A stretch of DNA of 64,000 bases. Source: an uncultured Gemmatimonadales bacterium (GTDB lineage: Bacteria; Gemmatimonadota; Gemmatimonadetes; Longimicrobiales; RSA9). Each line of letters begins with the position of its first letter. Position 1 is the stretch's first letter. The notes beneath the pieces are model-generated. The model was not told the DNA's origin. It did not search any database and was given only the letters and a program-made list of their open reading frames with translations. The stretch is from contig CAWAMW010000016.1 of the NCBI GenBank assembly GCA_963783305.1, positions 288,001 to 352,000 of the forward strand, in the 5' to 3' direction. A program made the translations under genes and the position numbers. Positions 53,545 through 63,132 of this stretch are shown piece by piece.

Positions 53545-54258
53545 ATGCGACGCTCGATTCGTTTGACGGGGATGGTGCTGGCGCTCGTGGGAGCCGGGTG
53601 TGACACCGGGCCCGAGGCGGGATCTGCGGAGATGGCGGCGGCGGAGGCGGGTGTGACGCTGCCGGAGGTCTCGTGTGAGCCGTCGGAGCGGATGGATTTG
53701 GTCGGTCGCGCGAGCCCGTACGATTCGGCGACGATCGAGCTGGGCGAGGGGGTCGCGAAGGTCTGCTACGGGCGTCCGTCGCTGAAGGGCCGCACGATGA
53801 TCGGAGGCGAGGCGGTGCCGTACGACACGCTGTGGCGGACGGGCGCGAACGAGCCTACCACGATCCACCTCAACGTGCCGGCGAGCATCGCGGGGCTGGA
53901 GGTGGAGCCGGGCTCCTACTCGCTCTACACGATCCCGCGGGACGGAACCGAGTGGACGCTGATCGTGAACCGCTCCACCTCCCAGTGGGGGCACGAGTCC
54001 ACGTACACCGAAGAGGTGAGGGCCCAGGAGGTGGGCCGCGTGCCGGTGGAGGCGGAGCGCCTCGACTCGTCGGTCGAGCAGCTGACCATCCGGCCGGTGG
54101 AAGCGAATGCCGGAACCGCGCGCGCCGGCCAGGAGGCTGCCGGGGATGAAGTCGCGGAGAGGCCTGCCGCGGCCGACGCCGGCGCTGCTCCCCGGAACGG
54201 CCTCCTGCTGGAGTGGCAGAACACCCGGGTTCACATTCCCATCGCCCCGGTCGGATGA
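53545..54258 (+). CDS. DUF2911-domain lipoprotein
   Basis: AAGGAGG RBS, lipobox GAGC, YGRPSLKGR, WRTGANE.T, YSLYTIP, QWG. Confidence 0.8.
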   Translation: MRRSIRLTGMVLALVGAGCDTGPEAGSAEMAAAEAGVTLPEVSCEPSERMDLVGRASPYDSATIELGEGVAKVCYGRPSLKGRTMIGGEAVPYDTLWRTGANEPTTIHLNVPASIAGLEVEPGSYSLYTIPRDGTEWTLIVNRSTSQWGHESTYTEEVRAQEVGRVPVEAERLDSSVEQLTIRPVEANAGTARAGQEAAGDEVAERPAAADAGAAPRNGLLLEWQNTRVHIPIAPVG

Positions 54259-55793
54259 CCGGGGGCCGGAAGCCGTCGCTGGAGGTTCGTGCTCCGGCCG
54301 ATGGCTCCGTCCTGGGCTCCGTGCCCAACCTGGGCCCGGACGCGGTCCGCGCCCTCCTGGAGCGCGCCCGCCGGGCGCAGCCGGAGTGGGCGGGGCGCGG
54401 CGTAGCCGAGCGCGCCCGTCTGCTCAACGCCTTTCGTCGTCGTCTGGCGGAGCGGGCTGACGAGGTGGCGGAGCTGAGCAGCCGCGAGTCGGGAAAGCTC
54501 GTCTTCGAGGCGCTGGTGGGCGACGTGCTGCCCACCCTGGACCTCGCCCGCTATTACGCCGCCCGGGCCCCCGTGGTGATGAAGGGCCGGACCGTCCGCT
54601 CATGGATGGTCTCCAAGAAGGGGAGGGTGGAGCGGGAGCCGTTCGGGGTGGTGGCGGTGATCGCCCCGTGGAACTTCCCGGTCGTGAACCCGATGCGGGC
54701 CGTGATGGCGGCGCTGGTGACCGGGAACGCCGTGGTGCTCAAGCCCTCGGAGCTGTCTCCGCTTTCGGCGCTGCTGATGCGGGAGATCGCTACGGAGGCC
54801 GGGGTCCCCGAGGACGTGTTCATGATCGCCACTGGAGACGGGGTTACGGGCGCGGCGCTCGTCGATCCGGCGGTCCACAAGATCAGCTTCACGGGATCCG
54901 AGGCTGTCGGTCGCAGCGTGGCCGAGGCGGCGGCGCGACAGCTGATCCCGGTGGTGCTCGAGCTGGGCGGGAAGAACGCCATGGTGGTGCTCGCGGACGC
55001 CGATCTCGACCGCGCGGTGAACCTCGGTGTTCAGGGCGCCTTCTGGAATGCCGGCCAGATCTGCATTTCCGTGGAGCGTGTGTACGTGGAGGCGCCCGTG
55101 TACGATCGCTTCGTGGAGCGCGTCGTGGCGGCGACGGAGGCTTTGGTGGTGGGGAGCGGGCGTGAGCTTGATGCCGATGTGGGTGCGGTCACCACCGCCG
55201 CGCAGATGGACCGACTGGACCGGCAGATCGCGGATGCCCGCTCTCGCGGCGCACGGATCCTCACCGGCGGACAGCGGCTGGAAGGCCCCGGGCGCCACTA
55301 CGCCCCCACGATCGTGGCCGATGCGGATCACACCATGACCATCATGCGGGAGGAGAGTTTCGGTCCCGTCATGCCGATCATGAAGGTGGCCGACGCCGAG
55401 GAGGCGATCCGGAGGGCCAACGATTCCCCGTACGCCCTGGCGGCGAGCCTGTGGACGCGTCGACGACGCGGCGAGCGGCTGGTGCGCCGCCTCCGGGGGG
55501 GCATGGTGTCCGTCAACGATGTCCTCTACCACGGCGCCATGGCCGGGCTGCCGTTCGGCGGAATGGGGGCCAGCGGCTACGGCCGGGTTCACGGAGAGGA
55601 GGGGCTGATGGGGATGACCCAGGCCCGCGCCCTGCTCGTGGACCGCAGCGGCTTCGCCCGCGAGCCCATCGGCGGCTTCCCCTTCCGCCGGTTCGGCGTC
55701 GGCCGGGCGCGGGCCCTCGTCCAGCTGATCCACGGCCGTGGGGCCGCATCCCGTGTCCGCGGCCTCATCGGCCTGATCCGGGGTGGGCGGTGA
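54255..55793 (+). CDS. Aldehyde dehydrogenase family protein
   Basis: PWNFP, KPSE, FTGS, ELGGK, GQIC, EESFGP. Confidence 0.93.
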   Translation: MTGGRKPSLEVRAPADGSVLGSVPNLGPDAVRALLERARRAQPEWAGRGVAERARLLNAFRRRLAERADEVAELSSRESGKLVFEALVGDVLPTLDLARYYAARAPVVMKGRTVRSWMVSKKGRVEREPFGVVAVIAPWNFPVVNPMRAVMAALVTGNAVVLKPSELSPLSALLMREIATEAGVPEDVFMIATGDGVTGAALVDPAVHKISFTGSEAVGRSVAEAAARQLIPVVLELGGKNAMVVLADADLDRAVNLGVQGAFWNAGQICISVERVYVEAPVYDRFVERVVAATEALVVGSGRELDADVGAVTTAAQMDRLDRQIADARSRGARILTGGQRLEGPGRHYAPTIVADADHTMTIMREESFGPVMPIMKVADAEEAIRRANDSPYALAASLWTRRRRGERLVRRLRGGMVSVNDVLYHGAMAGLPFGGMGASGYGRVHGEEGLMGMTQARALLVDRSGFAREPIGGFPFRRFGVGRARALVQLIHGRGAASRVRGLIGLIRGGR

Positions 55794-55863
55794 CCATGTC
55801 ACACCCGAGCTGCACGAGGCGTTGTATGGTCGAAACCTCGCGATGGGTCAGCGGTTCGGTCCG

Positions 55864-56364
55864 ATGAACTACGACCGTCTGTTCGACCGGCTGTATCCGG
55901 CGTTGTTCCGGTATCTCCGGCGACTCACAGGGGACGCGGACGCCGCGGAGGATGCGGCGCAAGAGGCGTTCGTGCGCCTGACCGAGCATTCACTGCCGGA
56001 GGAGGAGGTGCGGCCGTGGCTGTTCACCGTGGCCACGAACCTCATTCGGGACCGGGCACGAAAGTCGGAGCGTCACCGGCGGCTCCAGCCGCACGTGCCG
56101 GACGCCCAGACGCCGGACCCGCCGGATGTGTCGGCGGCGAGATCGGAGCGAATCGCCATGGTGCGGAGGGCGCTGGAAGAGCTGTCGGAGCGTGACCGGA
56201 CCATGCTCCTCATGCGTGAAGAAGGCTTCAAGTACGCTGAGATCGCCACGGCCGTCGGCGTAGCCTCCGGGTCGGTAGGGACCCTGCTGGCGCGAGCCGC
56301 GCGACGCTTTGCCGAAACATACACCGCCATGAGGGCGGAAGAGACAATACATGACGCATCTTGA
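55864..56364 (+). CDS. ECF sigma-70 factor
   Basis: AEDAAQEAF, WLFTVATN, LSERDR, YAEIA...GSVGTLL.RA; start approximate. Confidence 0.9.
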   Translation: MNYDRLFDRLYPALFRYLRRLTGDADAAEDAAQEAFVRLTEHSLPEEEVRPWLFTVATNLIRDRARKSERHRRLQPHVPDAQTPDPPDVSAARSERIAMVRRALEELSERDRTMLLMREEGFKYAEIATAVGVASGSVGTLLARAARRFAETYTAMRAEETIHDAS

Positions 56365-57082
56365 AGACGGGACGCTCCAGGCTTTTCTGGACGACGAGCT
56401 CCCCGCCTGTACGCGCGCCGAGGTCGCCGAGCACCTGCTGGGCTGCGAGCGGTGCCACGAGAGCTACGAGCGGCTCGCACAGGCGAATGCCATGTTCACC
56501 CAGTCGGTCTCCGTCCTCGATGTGGAGCCGCCGGCGCGGAAGCCGGCGTCGGGCGCCCTCGGCGGGCGTACACGACGCAGCACCGCCACCTTCGTGAGGG
56601 CCGCCGGGCTCGTGCTGGCGCTGGCCGCCGCGGCCTCGGCGGCCGTTCCCGGCTCTCCGGTCCGCGAGTGGATCGAACGGGCCGTCGAGCCCGAGCCACC
56701 GCCCGCCCCACCGGCCGTTGTCGACGCGGAGGAGCCCGCGGCCACCGCGCCCACCGGCGTGGCCATCCGTCCTTCGAGCAGCGGTCGCCTTCTGGTGGCG
56801 CTGATCGGTCTCGAGGACATGGAGATCCGCGTGGAGTCCACGGACGGTGAGGTGGCGAGCGTCAGCGTTCTCGGCGCCGACCGGGACCCGACCTTCAGCA
56901 CCGGCTCGGGCCGCGTGGACGTGCGCGACGGCGCGGGCGGGATGGTCCGGGTGCGGCTCCCCGCCGGCGTGGACGGAGCCCGCGTCGAGGTCGATGGGAA
57001 CCTGTACGCGGAGAACCGCGACGGCACGCTCCAGTTGCGCGTCGAGGCCGACACCGTGGACGGAACCTTCATCTGGCGATGA
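56351..57082 (+). CDS. Zinc-finger (zf-HC2) anti-sigma factor
   Basis: H...LQAFLD.EL, HLLGCERC (HxxxCxxC), TM helix, periplasmic beta domain. Confidence 0.85.
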   Translation: MTHLEDGTLQAFLDDELPACTRAEVAEHLLGCERCHESYERLAQANAMFTQSVSVLDVEPPARKPASGALGGRTRRSTATFVRAAGLVLALAAAASAAVPGSPVREWIERAVEPEPPPAPPAVVDAEEPAATAPTGVAIRPSSSGRLLVALIGLEDMEIRVESTDGEVASVSVLGADRDPTFSTGSGRVDVRDGAGGMVRVRLPAGVDGARVEVDGNLYAENRDGTLQLRVEADTVDGTFIWR

Positions 57083-57753
57083 CGACCCTGGTCGCGTCCG
57101 CGCTGCTGGCCGTAGCGGGCGGACTGCCGCTCCAGGCGGTGGCCGTGGAGGGCGTGGTCCGGAGCTCGGAGAGTGGCTCTCCGCTGGCCTACGCCCATGT
57201 CCAGATCCTGGGCGACTCCGCGGCCGACTGGAGTGACGAACGCGGCGCATATCGGCTCGAGGGGCTCCCCCGCGGGGAATGGCAGCTGCGCGTGGTGCAC
57301 CCCGGGCACGACACGCTGGAGCTCGCCCTCTTCATCCCAGGCGACCGCCCCGTGCATCTCGACCTCACCCTCGATGCGCGGCCGGGTCCGGCCGTAGACG
57401 CTCTCGCCGATTTCGAGCCGTTCCAGATGGACTACACGCTGCCCGCCCTCCTGAATACGACCCGGATCGCGATGCTGCTCCAGCGTCTGTACCCGCCGAA
57501 CCTCACGCGGGAGCGGCGGGGTGGTGAAGCGGTCCTGTGGCTCTGGCTGGACGAGAGCGGCCGCGTGGTGCGCGGCCGGGTCTCATCCTCTTCCGGCTAC
57601 CCGGCACTCGACTCGATCGCGCTGATCGTCTCCGACAGCATGCGGTTCAGGCCGGCGCGCAACCGTCAGGCGGGCGTGCGGGTGATCGTACGGATCCCGG
57701 TGGTGTTCACGGTCCCGGACTCCACCGGCCGGGGCGCGGTGTCGTTGAACTAG
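57079..57753 (+). CDS. TonB C-terminal domain protein with carboxypeptidase-regulatory-like domain
   Basis: GVVRS..SG.PL..A.V and D.RG.Y.L.GL; YPP...G...L...LDE.G.V, SSGYPALD, FRPA, IPVVF. Confidence 0.78.
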   Translation: MTTLVASALLAVAGGLPLQAVAVEGVVRSSESGSPLAYAHVQILGDSAADWSDERGAYRLEGLPRGEWQLRVVHPGHDTLELALFIPGDRPVHLDLTLDARPGPAVDALADFEPFQMDYTLPALLNTTRIAMLLQRLYPPNLTRERRGGEAVLWLWLDESGRVVRGRVSSSSGYPALDSIALIVSDSMRFRPARNRQAGVRVIVRIPVVFTVPDSTGRGAVSLN

Positions 57754-58070
57754 AAGCGGCTGCGCAGCGAATTCCGCGGGGATCCGGTCGCCTGGGCGAC
57801 CGTCGGGGCGGCGTCTGTCGCCATTCGGGTCGGAGCCTCCACGCGGGCGCCCCACACGCATTCCGGGCGAAGACAGATCCCGTGCCCTCGCTCGTCCTCC
57901 AGGAAGATCGCATGGCCCTGGCGGATGAGGAACAGGATTCGGCGCTGGAGGTCGATGGGGCGGTGGTTCCAGCGCGCGGTCAGGCTGACCTCGCCGTCGT
58001 CGGTGGCGAGCGTCACGCGCACGGTGGGAATCCGCGTATGGAGTGAGACCTGGCGTCGTGGGTAGATCAT
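57750..58070 (-). CDS. Hypothetical protein
   Basis: Protein-like ORF from the ATG at 58070 with coding-like GC3. Confidence 0.55.
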   Translation of the reverse strand: MIYPRRQVSLHTRIPTVRVTLATDDGEVSLTARWNHRPIDLQRRILFLIRQGHAIFLEDERGHGICLRPECVWGARVEAPTRMATDAAPTVAQATGSPRNSLRSRF

Positions 58071-58110
58071 GGCCACAAGGGTAAAGCCCGTGGCCGTGAC
58101 TGGCAACGGG

Positions 58111-59043
58111 TCAGACCCCTTTTTCCCGCCACAGCCGGTCCAGCTCGTTGTGCCGGGGCCCCACGGATTCCCGCCATTCGGGCAGCGCGTAGATCCCGCC
58201 GGACGGCGCCGCCGGACGGGGATCGGGCGTTTCTCGCCCGAGCACTTCACGCATTGCCCGCTGGAGCGCGCGGGATGTCTCCAGCATCCGCTCGTGGAAG
58301 ACGGTGTCCACGCCCGCGTGAGGGCTCATGTTCTGGGCGCTGGGGTGCAGCAGCCAGAGCACGTGCGGCAGCGGCGCCCCGGCCCGGACGGAGCTCCACG
58401 CCTCCTCGAAGACGGCGTCCGGGGCAAAGGAGCCGGGCCAGGGGACGGCGCGGCCCCGCTCCAGGCCGGCACCCTCCAGTCGTTTCAGGCCGGGCAGCGT
58501 GAGCGTCGGTTTCGAGTCCAGGCGGGTCGCCGCGATGGTGGACCGGAGCGCGACGTTTCCCAGTGCCACCACCACGCGCGGAGCCGTGGCCAGGAGAGTC
58601 TCACGTAGAAGGTGCAGACTCGAGGGCAGCTCCCCCACCGGCTGCCTCAGCTCGGCCACCCGAGGCTCGCCGCCCCCCCGCTCGGGGAGCTGGTTCAGCG
58701 CGGCCACGATGAACGTCTGATTGCGGTCCAGCCCCACGCCCGAGAGGAGCGCGTCCAGGTTCGCACCGGCGATATCGCCGCCGAAGGGGATGCGTGTGGC
58801 GTGCGCCCCCATGCTTCCGCTTCCCATGCCACCGGCGTTCCCCGGAGCGGCCCCGACCCACAATGTGTCGTGTTGTTGCCATGGCCCATTCCGACGCGAC
58901 CACACCAGGGACCGCCCGGCCTCGGCCCCTGTTGAAAGCCGGCAGGGCTCCGTCAGCCAGGGGTCCTCCAGGCACCCGGGATGCCCTGCGTGCGCCCGCA
59001 CGAAGATCCGGTGGTAGCGTGCTTCCGTGTCCGGTTGGCTCAT
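58111..59043 (-). CDS. Uracil-DNA glycosylase superfamily protein (atypical)
   Basis: WVGAAPG (motif 1 variant), PFGGDIAGANL, P...EL, VVALGNVA, LHPS (motif 2). Confidence 0.7.
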   Translation of the reverse strand: MSQPDTEARYHRIFVRAHAGHPGCLEDPWLTEPCRLSTGAEAGRSLVWSRRNGPWQQHDTLWVGAAPGNAGGMGSGSMGAHATRIPFGGDIAGANLDALLSGVGLDRNQTFIVAALNQLPERGGGEPRVAELRQPVGELPSSLHLLRETLLATAPRVVVALGNVALRSTIAATRLDSKPTLTLPGLKRLEGAGLERGRAVPWPGSFAPDAVFEEAWSSVRAGAPLPHVLWLLHPSAQNMSPHAGVDTVFHERMLETSRALQRAMREVLGRETPDPRPAAPSGGIYALPEWRESVGPRHNELDRLWREKGV

Positions 59044-59137
59044 GGCCGGCAAGCTGGTAGCGGCTGCGATCCCTCGCAACCCGTGCGGGAAGATGCTAGG
59101 CTGTGTGGGCGAAGCATCACGTACCGATGGAGCAGCG

Positions 59138-60421
59138 ATGAACGAGAAACGGGAAATCAGGCACCGCCGGATCGGAGACCGCGAGCTCCGGCCGGAGACG
59201 CTGATGATGGGATACGCCTACGATCCGCAGCTGTCGGAGGGGTCGGTGAAGTGTCCCATCTTCCAGACATCCACCTTCGTCTTCAAGAGCGCCGAAGAGG
59301 GCAAGGCGTTCTTCGAGCTCGCGTACGGACTCCGCGAGCGTGCCCCGGCCGAGGAGCCGGGGCTGATCTACTCCCGCATCAACAACCCGGACCTGGAGAT
59401 CCTCGAGGAGCGCCTGGCGCTCTGGGACCGCGCTGAGGCGGCCCTCGTCTTCTCCAGCGGTATGGCGGCCATCGCCACCACACTGCTGACGTTCCTGCGA
59501 CCCGGCGATACCATCGTGCACAGTGAGCCTGTGTACGGCGGGACGGAATTCCTCCTCTTCAACATCCTGCCGCAGTTCGGGATCCGCCGGTTCGGCTTCA
59601 GGGCGGGACGGGAGGGCGCGCTGGAGGAGGCGATCGAGAAGGCGGGGAAGGAGGGGCCGGTGAAGGTCATTCTCGCCGAGACCCCGGCCAACCCCACCAA
59701 CGCGCTCGTGGACATCGCCCGCTGCGCCGAGCTGGCCGATGAGATCGAGAAGAAGAATGGCGAGCGGCCGGTCGTGGCCGTGGACAACACCTTTCTGGGC
59801 CCGCTGTGGCAGCGACCGCTGGAGCATGGCGCCGACCTCGTCCTCTATTCCCTGACGAAGTACGTGGGTGGGCACAGCGACCTGATCGCCGGCGCCGTGC
59901 TGGGCGACCGGGGGCGGGTGGGGGCGGTGGCGGGAATGCGCACGATCCTCGGAACCATGGCCGATCCGTGGACGGGCTGGATGCTCATGCGCTCCCTCGA
60001 AACGCTCAAGCTCCGCATGACGGGCCAGATGAAGAACGCCCGCTATGTCGCCGAGTTCCTGCGGGATCACCCTCGGGTGAAGAAGGTTCACTACCTCGAC
60101 TTCCTTACCGAGGACGACCCGGAGTACCCGGTCTACAAGCGGCAGTGCCTCTCCGCGGGCAGCACGTTCTCCTTCGAGGTGAACGGCGGCGAGGCCGAGG
60201 CGTTCCGGCTCCTGAACGCCCTCAAGCTGGCCAAGCTCGCCGTCAGTCTCGGCGGCACTGAGACTCTCATGGAGCATCCAGGGACCATGACTCATGCCGA
60301 TGTCGAGGCCGAGCACCAGCTCGCCATCGGGATCACCCCCGCCATGGTCCGGATCTCCGTCGGCGTCGAGCACCCGGAAGACCTCATCGCGGACCTCGAA
60401 CAGGCCCTCAACCAGGTCTGA
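59138..60421 (+). CDS. Cystathionine gamma-synthase / methionine gamma-lyase family PLP enzyme
   Basis: YSRINNP, SSGMAAI, YGGT, ETPANP, DNTF, SLTKYVGGHSD, SLGGTE, RISVG.E. Confidence 0.92.
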   Translation: MNEKREIRHRRIGDRELRPETLMMGYAYDPQLSEGSVKCPIFQTSTFVFKSAEEGKAFFELAYGLRERAPAEEPGLIYSRINNPDLEILEERLALWDRAEAALVFSSGMAAIATTLLTFLRPGDTIVHSEPVYGGTEFLLFNILPQFGIRRFGFRAGREGALEEAIEKAGKEGPVKVILAETPANPTNALVDIARCAELADEIEKKNGERPVVAVDNTFLGPLWQRPLEHGADLVLYSLTKYVGGHSDLIAGAVLGDRGRVGAVAGMRTILGTMADPWTGWMLMRSLETLKLRMTGQMKNARYVAEFLRDHPRVKKVHYLDFLTEDDPEYPVYKRQCLSAGSTFSFEVNGGEAEAFRLLNALKLAKLAVSLGGTETLMEHPGTMTHADVEAEHQLAIGITPAMVRISVGVEHPEDLIADLEQALNQV

Positions 60422-60434
60422 AGGCCTCGGGCGG

Positions 60435-60998
60435 TTAGATGCTGTTCAGAAGGTCGTCGATGGCCTTCTGGACAGCGTCCCGACTCGCCCCCAGCAGCAG
60501 GTTGTCCAGCATCTCTTTCGCGTCGTGCGCCACATCATCCGGATGATGGCGGTCGTCCGCCGATCGCACCACGTTGCCGATCGGGAGGAGCGCGAACTTC
60601 GGACCGTTCTCCTCACCCTCACCCTCCGGGTCCCCGCTCCCGCTGTAGCCTCCCTCCACCTCCGGAGGGGGGGCCGGGATGCTCGACTTCCACGGCTCCG
60701 ACTCCATGTCCGCGCCGTCCCCATCCGAATCGTCCGGCTCCACCGGCAGCACCAGACAGATCCGGCCATCAATGTTCCCCTCACCGTCCTCGCGCGCAGC
60801 CAGCGCCACCGACACCGGCGCCGCAAGCAGCGACCGGATGGTCTCCAGTGCGCTCGCCGCCACTACGCTCCGGGCGATCAGACGATCATCGTAGTAGTAG
60901 CCTAGCCCCACCGCACCTTCGGGCACGGCGTTGTGCTTGATCGAACGCGCCTCCAGAGCAATCGGGCTCGGGTGCGGTACCACAACGAGATGATCCAT
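60435..60998 (-). CDS. Acidic hypothetical protein
   Basis: GGAGG RBS before the ATG at 60998; coding-like composition. Confidence 0.7.
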   Translation of the reverse strand: MDHLVVVPHPSPIALEARSIKHNAVPEGAVGLGYYYDDRLIARSVVAASALETIRSLLAAPVSVALAAREDGEGNIDGRICLVLPVEPDDSDGDGADMESEPWKSSIPAPPPEVEGGYSGSGDPEGEGEENGPKFALLPIGNVVRSADDRHHPDDVAHDAKEMLDNLLLGASRDAVQKAIDDLLNSI

Positions 60999-61383
60999 GG
61001 GCCTCCGGGATCGGGTGCATCCGCTTGTTCTTCGGACGACCACGCCTCGTTCCCGTGACCGTCGTGCCCTCTTACCCTCCTTTCTCCCCTGGGTTCTATC
61101 GCGTCCCCCGCACCGCCGGTCTGAACGCCTCGCCCCCGCACCGGCCGCAGGGGGCTTCCCCCCGGCAGTGTGTGCCGGCCTGCACGGAAAAACGTGCCGG
61201 TCCGGCAATATGTGCCGCCCTGATTTCGGACGCCCGACGCGCGTCTCTTCTTGGCGTATTGTCGCATAAAGTACTGTGGGACAACGACTTACGTGTAATA
61301 TTGCAGTTCGCTGACGCGAGGGAACACTGTATGCTTTATGGACAGCCGGGTGGCAATCACAGGCAACAGCGAACGGGATCCTC

Positions 61384-62142
61384 ATGACGGAGACGGAACG
61401 TAGAGACTGGAGCCAGTACCGCACCACGGGGGACGTGGAGGTACGCAACCGTCTCGTGGAGCGGCATCTGGCGCTGGTGCATCATTTCGCCGGCCGGATG
61501 GAGCCTCGCACGGGCGGCGCGTTCGAGCGCGGCGATCTGGTGAGCGCGGGCGTGCTGGGGCTGATGAAGGCGGTGTCGTCGTTCGACCCGGAGCGGGGCT
61601 ACCGGTTCAGCACGTTCGCGGCGCAGCGGATCCGTGGGGCGATCCTGGACGAGATGCGGCGGCGTGACGTGGCGCCCCGGTCGGTGCGTCGTCGTCAGCG
61701 GCGGCTGGCGGACGCCCGCGCGTCCCTCACGATGGACCTGAACCGGCCGCCGCGGCATTCGGAGCTGGCGGAGGTGCTGGGTGTGGATCCTCAGACGCTC
61801 TGGCGCTGGAAGTGGGACATGGATCGGAGCCGGCGAGTGTCGCTGACGGAGGTGGTGAACGAAGAGGGTGGGGAGGAGGGATCCCGGGAGTTGTGGGCGT
61901 CGCAGTCTGGCAGCGTCGAGGACCGGCTTGCCCGTGAGCAGGAGGTGTCGCGGCTGGTGCGCGAAATGGAATCGCTGTCGGCGCGGGACCAGCTGATCCT
62001 GCGGCGCTACGATCTGGAAGCGAAGACGCTGCGGGAGATTGCCGCTGAGCTGGGTGTGACGGAGTCGCGGATATCGCAGCTGCGGACGCGCGCGTTGAAG
62101 CGTCTGCGAGCGCGCATGACGGACATGAGGGAGGCGGCGTGA
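61384..62142 (+). CDS. FliA/WhiG-family (sigma-28) RNA polymerase sigma factor
   Basis: DLVSAGVLGL, FDPERG.RFSTFA..RIRGAILDE.R, PRSVR, TLREIA..LGVTESRISQ. Confidence 0.9.
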   Translation: MTETERRDWSQYRTTGDVEVRNRLVERHLALVHHFAGRMEPRTGGAFERGDLVSAGVLGLMKAVSSFDPERGYRFSTFAAQRIRGAILDEMRRRDVAPRSVRRRQRRLADARASLTMDLNRPPRHSELAEVLGVDPQTLWRWKWDMDRSRRVSLTEVVNEEGGEEGSRELWASQSGSVEDRLAREQEVSRLVREMESLSARDQLILRRYDLEAKTLREIAAELGVTESRISQLRTRALKRLRARMTDMREAA

Positions 62143-63125
62143 CCGAGCGGGGCAGGCGTCATCGTGTGCTCGTGGTCGAGGATGACCCGGGTGTGCGCCA
62201 GATCATGGAGTCGCATCTTACGAAGCGGCGGTTCGACGTGCGGAGCGTCGGGTCGGGGGAGTCGCTTCTCAGCGCGTTGCGGGATCGGAAGCTGGACTAC
62301 GACCTGGCCCTGGTGGACGTGCATCTGCCGGGGATGTCAGGCGTGGCTCTGACGCGTCTCCTGCTGGCGGCCCGTCCGCTTTCGGCCGTGATCGTGATCA
62401 CCGGGGATGACGACGCGGTGCTGGGCCGGGAGGCGCTGAGCGCAGGTGCGACGGGCTACCTTCTCAAGCCGTTCCAGCTCTTCGAACTCGACGCCGCGGT
62501 GTCTCAGGCGATCTCCATGGGCGAGCTGGTGGAGGCCACCCAGACGCTGGCGCGGGCGCAGTCGGCCGGTCTGAATGACTGGGGCGAGTCGGGAGGCTCG
62601 CTGCCGCGCTCCTGGCTCCATGTGGGCGATGAGCAGTCCGGCGCCGGCGCCGGCCACGGTGCGCGTGTCGTGAGCGTGGCCGGGCTCCTGGCCAAGAAGG
62701 CGGGCGAGGACGCGCTGGACGCGAAGGGGCGGGACCTGCTGCGGACGGCGGCCCGGACGCACGAGATCGGTCGGCTGACGGGCGCGGGCGGGCGTCAGCA
62801 GGTGGCGCAGCGTTCGGCCAGGCTGCTGGAGGATCTCGGGTTCGATCGGGGCGTGTGCGAGATCGTCCGGCAGTCGGCCGAGGACTGGTCGCCGGGCCTC
62901 CCACTCACCGCGCGCGTCCTGGCGCTCGCAGACGGGCTGGATCACGAAGCGAGCCGCCGCGCGGCGGAGGGGCAGGAGGCCGACGACGCCATCCGCGAGT
63001 CCGTGGACGCCATCATTGGAGCTTCGGGCGACGGCTACGATCCGGGGCTGGCCGAGCTGCTGTCGGCGCAGCGCGAGCAGGTCGAATCCATGTGGGTCCT
63101 GCAGCGGCAGGTGGTGCCGGCCTGA
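62139..63125 (+). CDS. Response regulator with a degenerate HD/HD-GYP-like output domain
   Basis: VEDD, DVHLPGMSG and KPF in the receiver; output has THEIG and ARVLALAD, with no GYP motif; GTGA overlap with the sigma gene. Confidence 0.78.
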   Translation: MTERGRRHRVLVVEDDPGVRQIMESHLTKRRFDVRSVGSGESLLSALRDRKLDYDLALVDVHLPGMSGVALTRLLLAARPLSAVIVITGDDDAVLGREALSAGATGYLLKPFQLFELDAAVSQAISMGELVEATQTLARAQSAGLNDWGESGGSLPRSWLHVGDEQSGAGAGHGARVVSVAGLLAKKAGEDALDAKGRDLLRTAARTHEIGRLTGAGGRQQVAQRSARLLEDLGFDRGVCEIVRQSAEDWSPGLPLTARVLALADGLDHEASRRAAEGQEADDAIRESVDAIIGASGDGYDPGLAELLSAQREQVESMWVLQRQVVPA

Positions 63126-63132
63126 GCCCGGC

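Noticed and set aside
61259..61286. Chromosomal dif site
   Set aside because: The left arm resembles an XerC site (CGCATAA), but the right arm does not match the conserved XerD arm TTATGTTAAAT.
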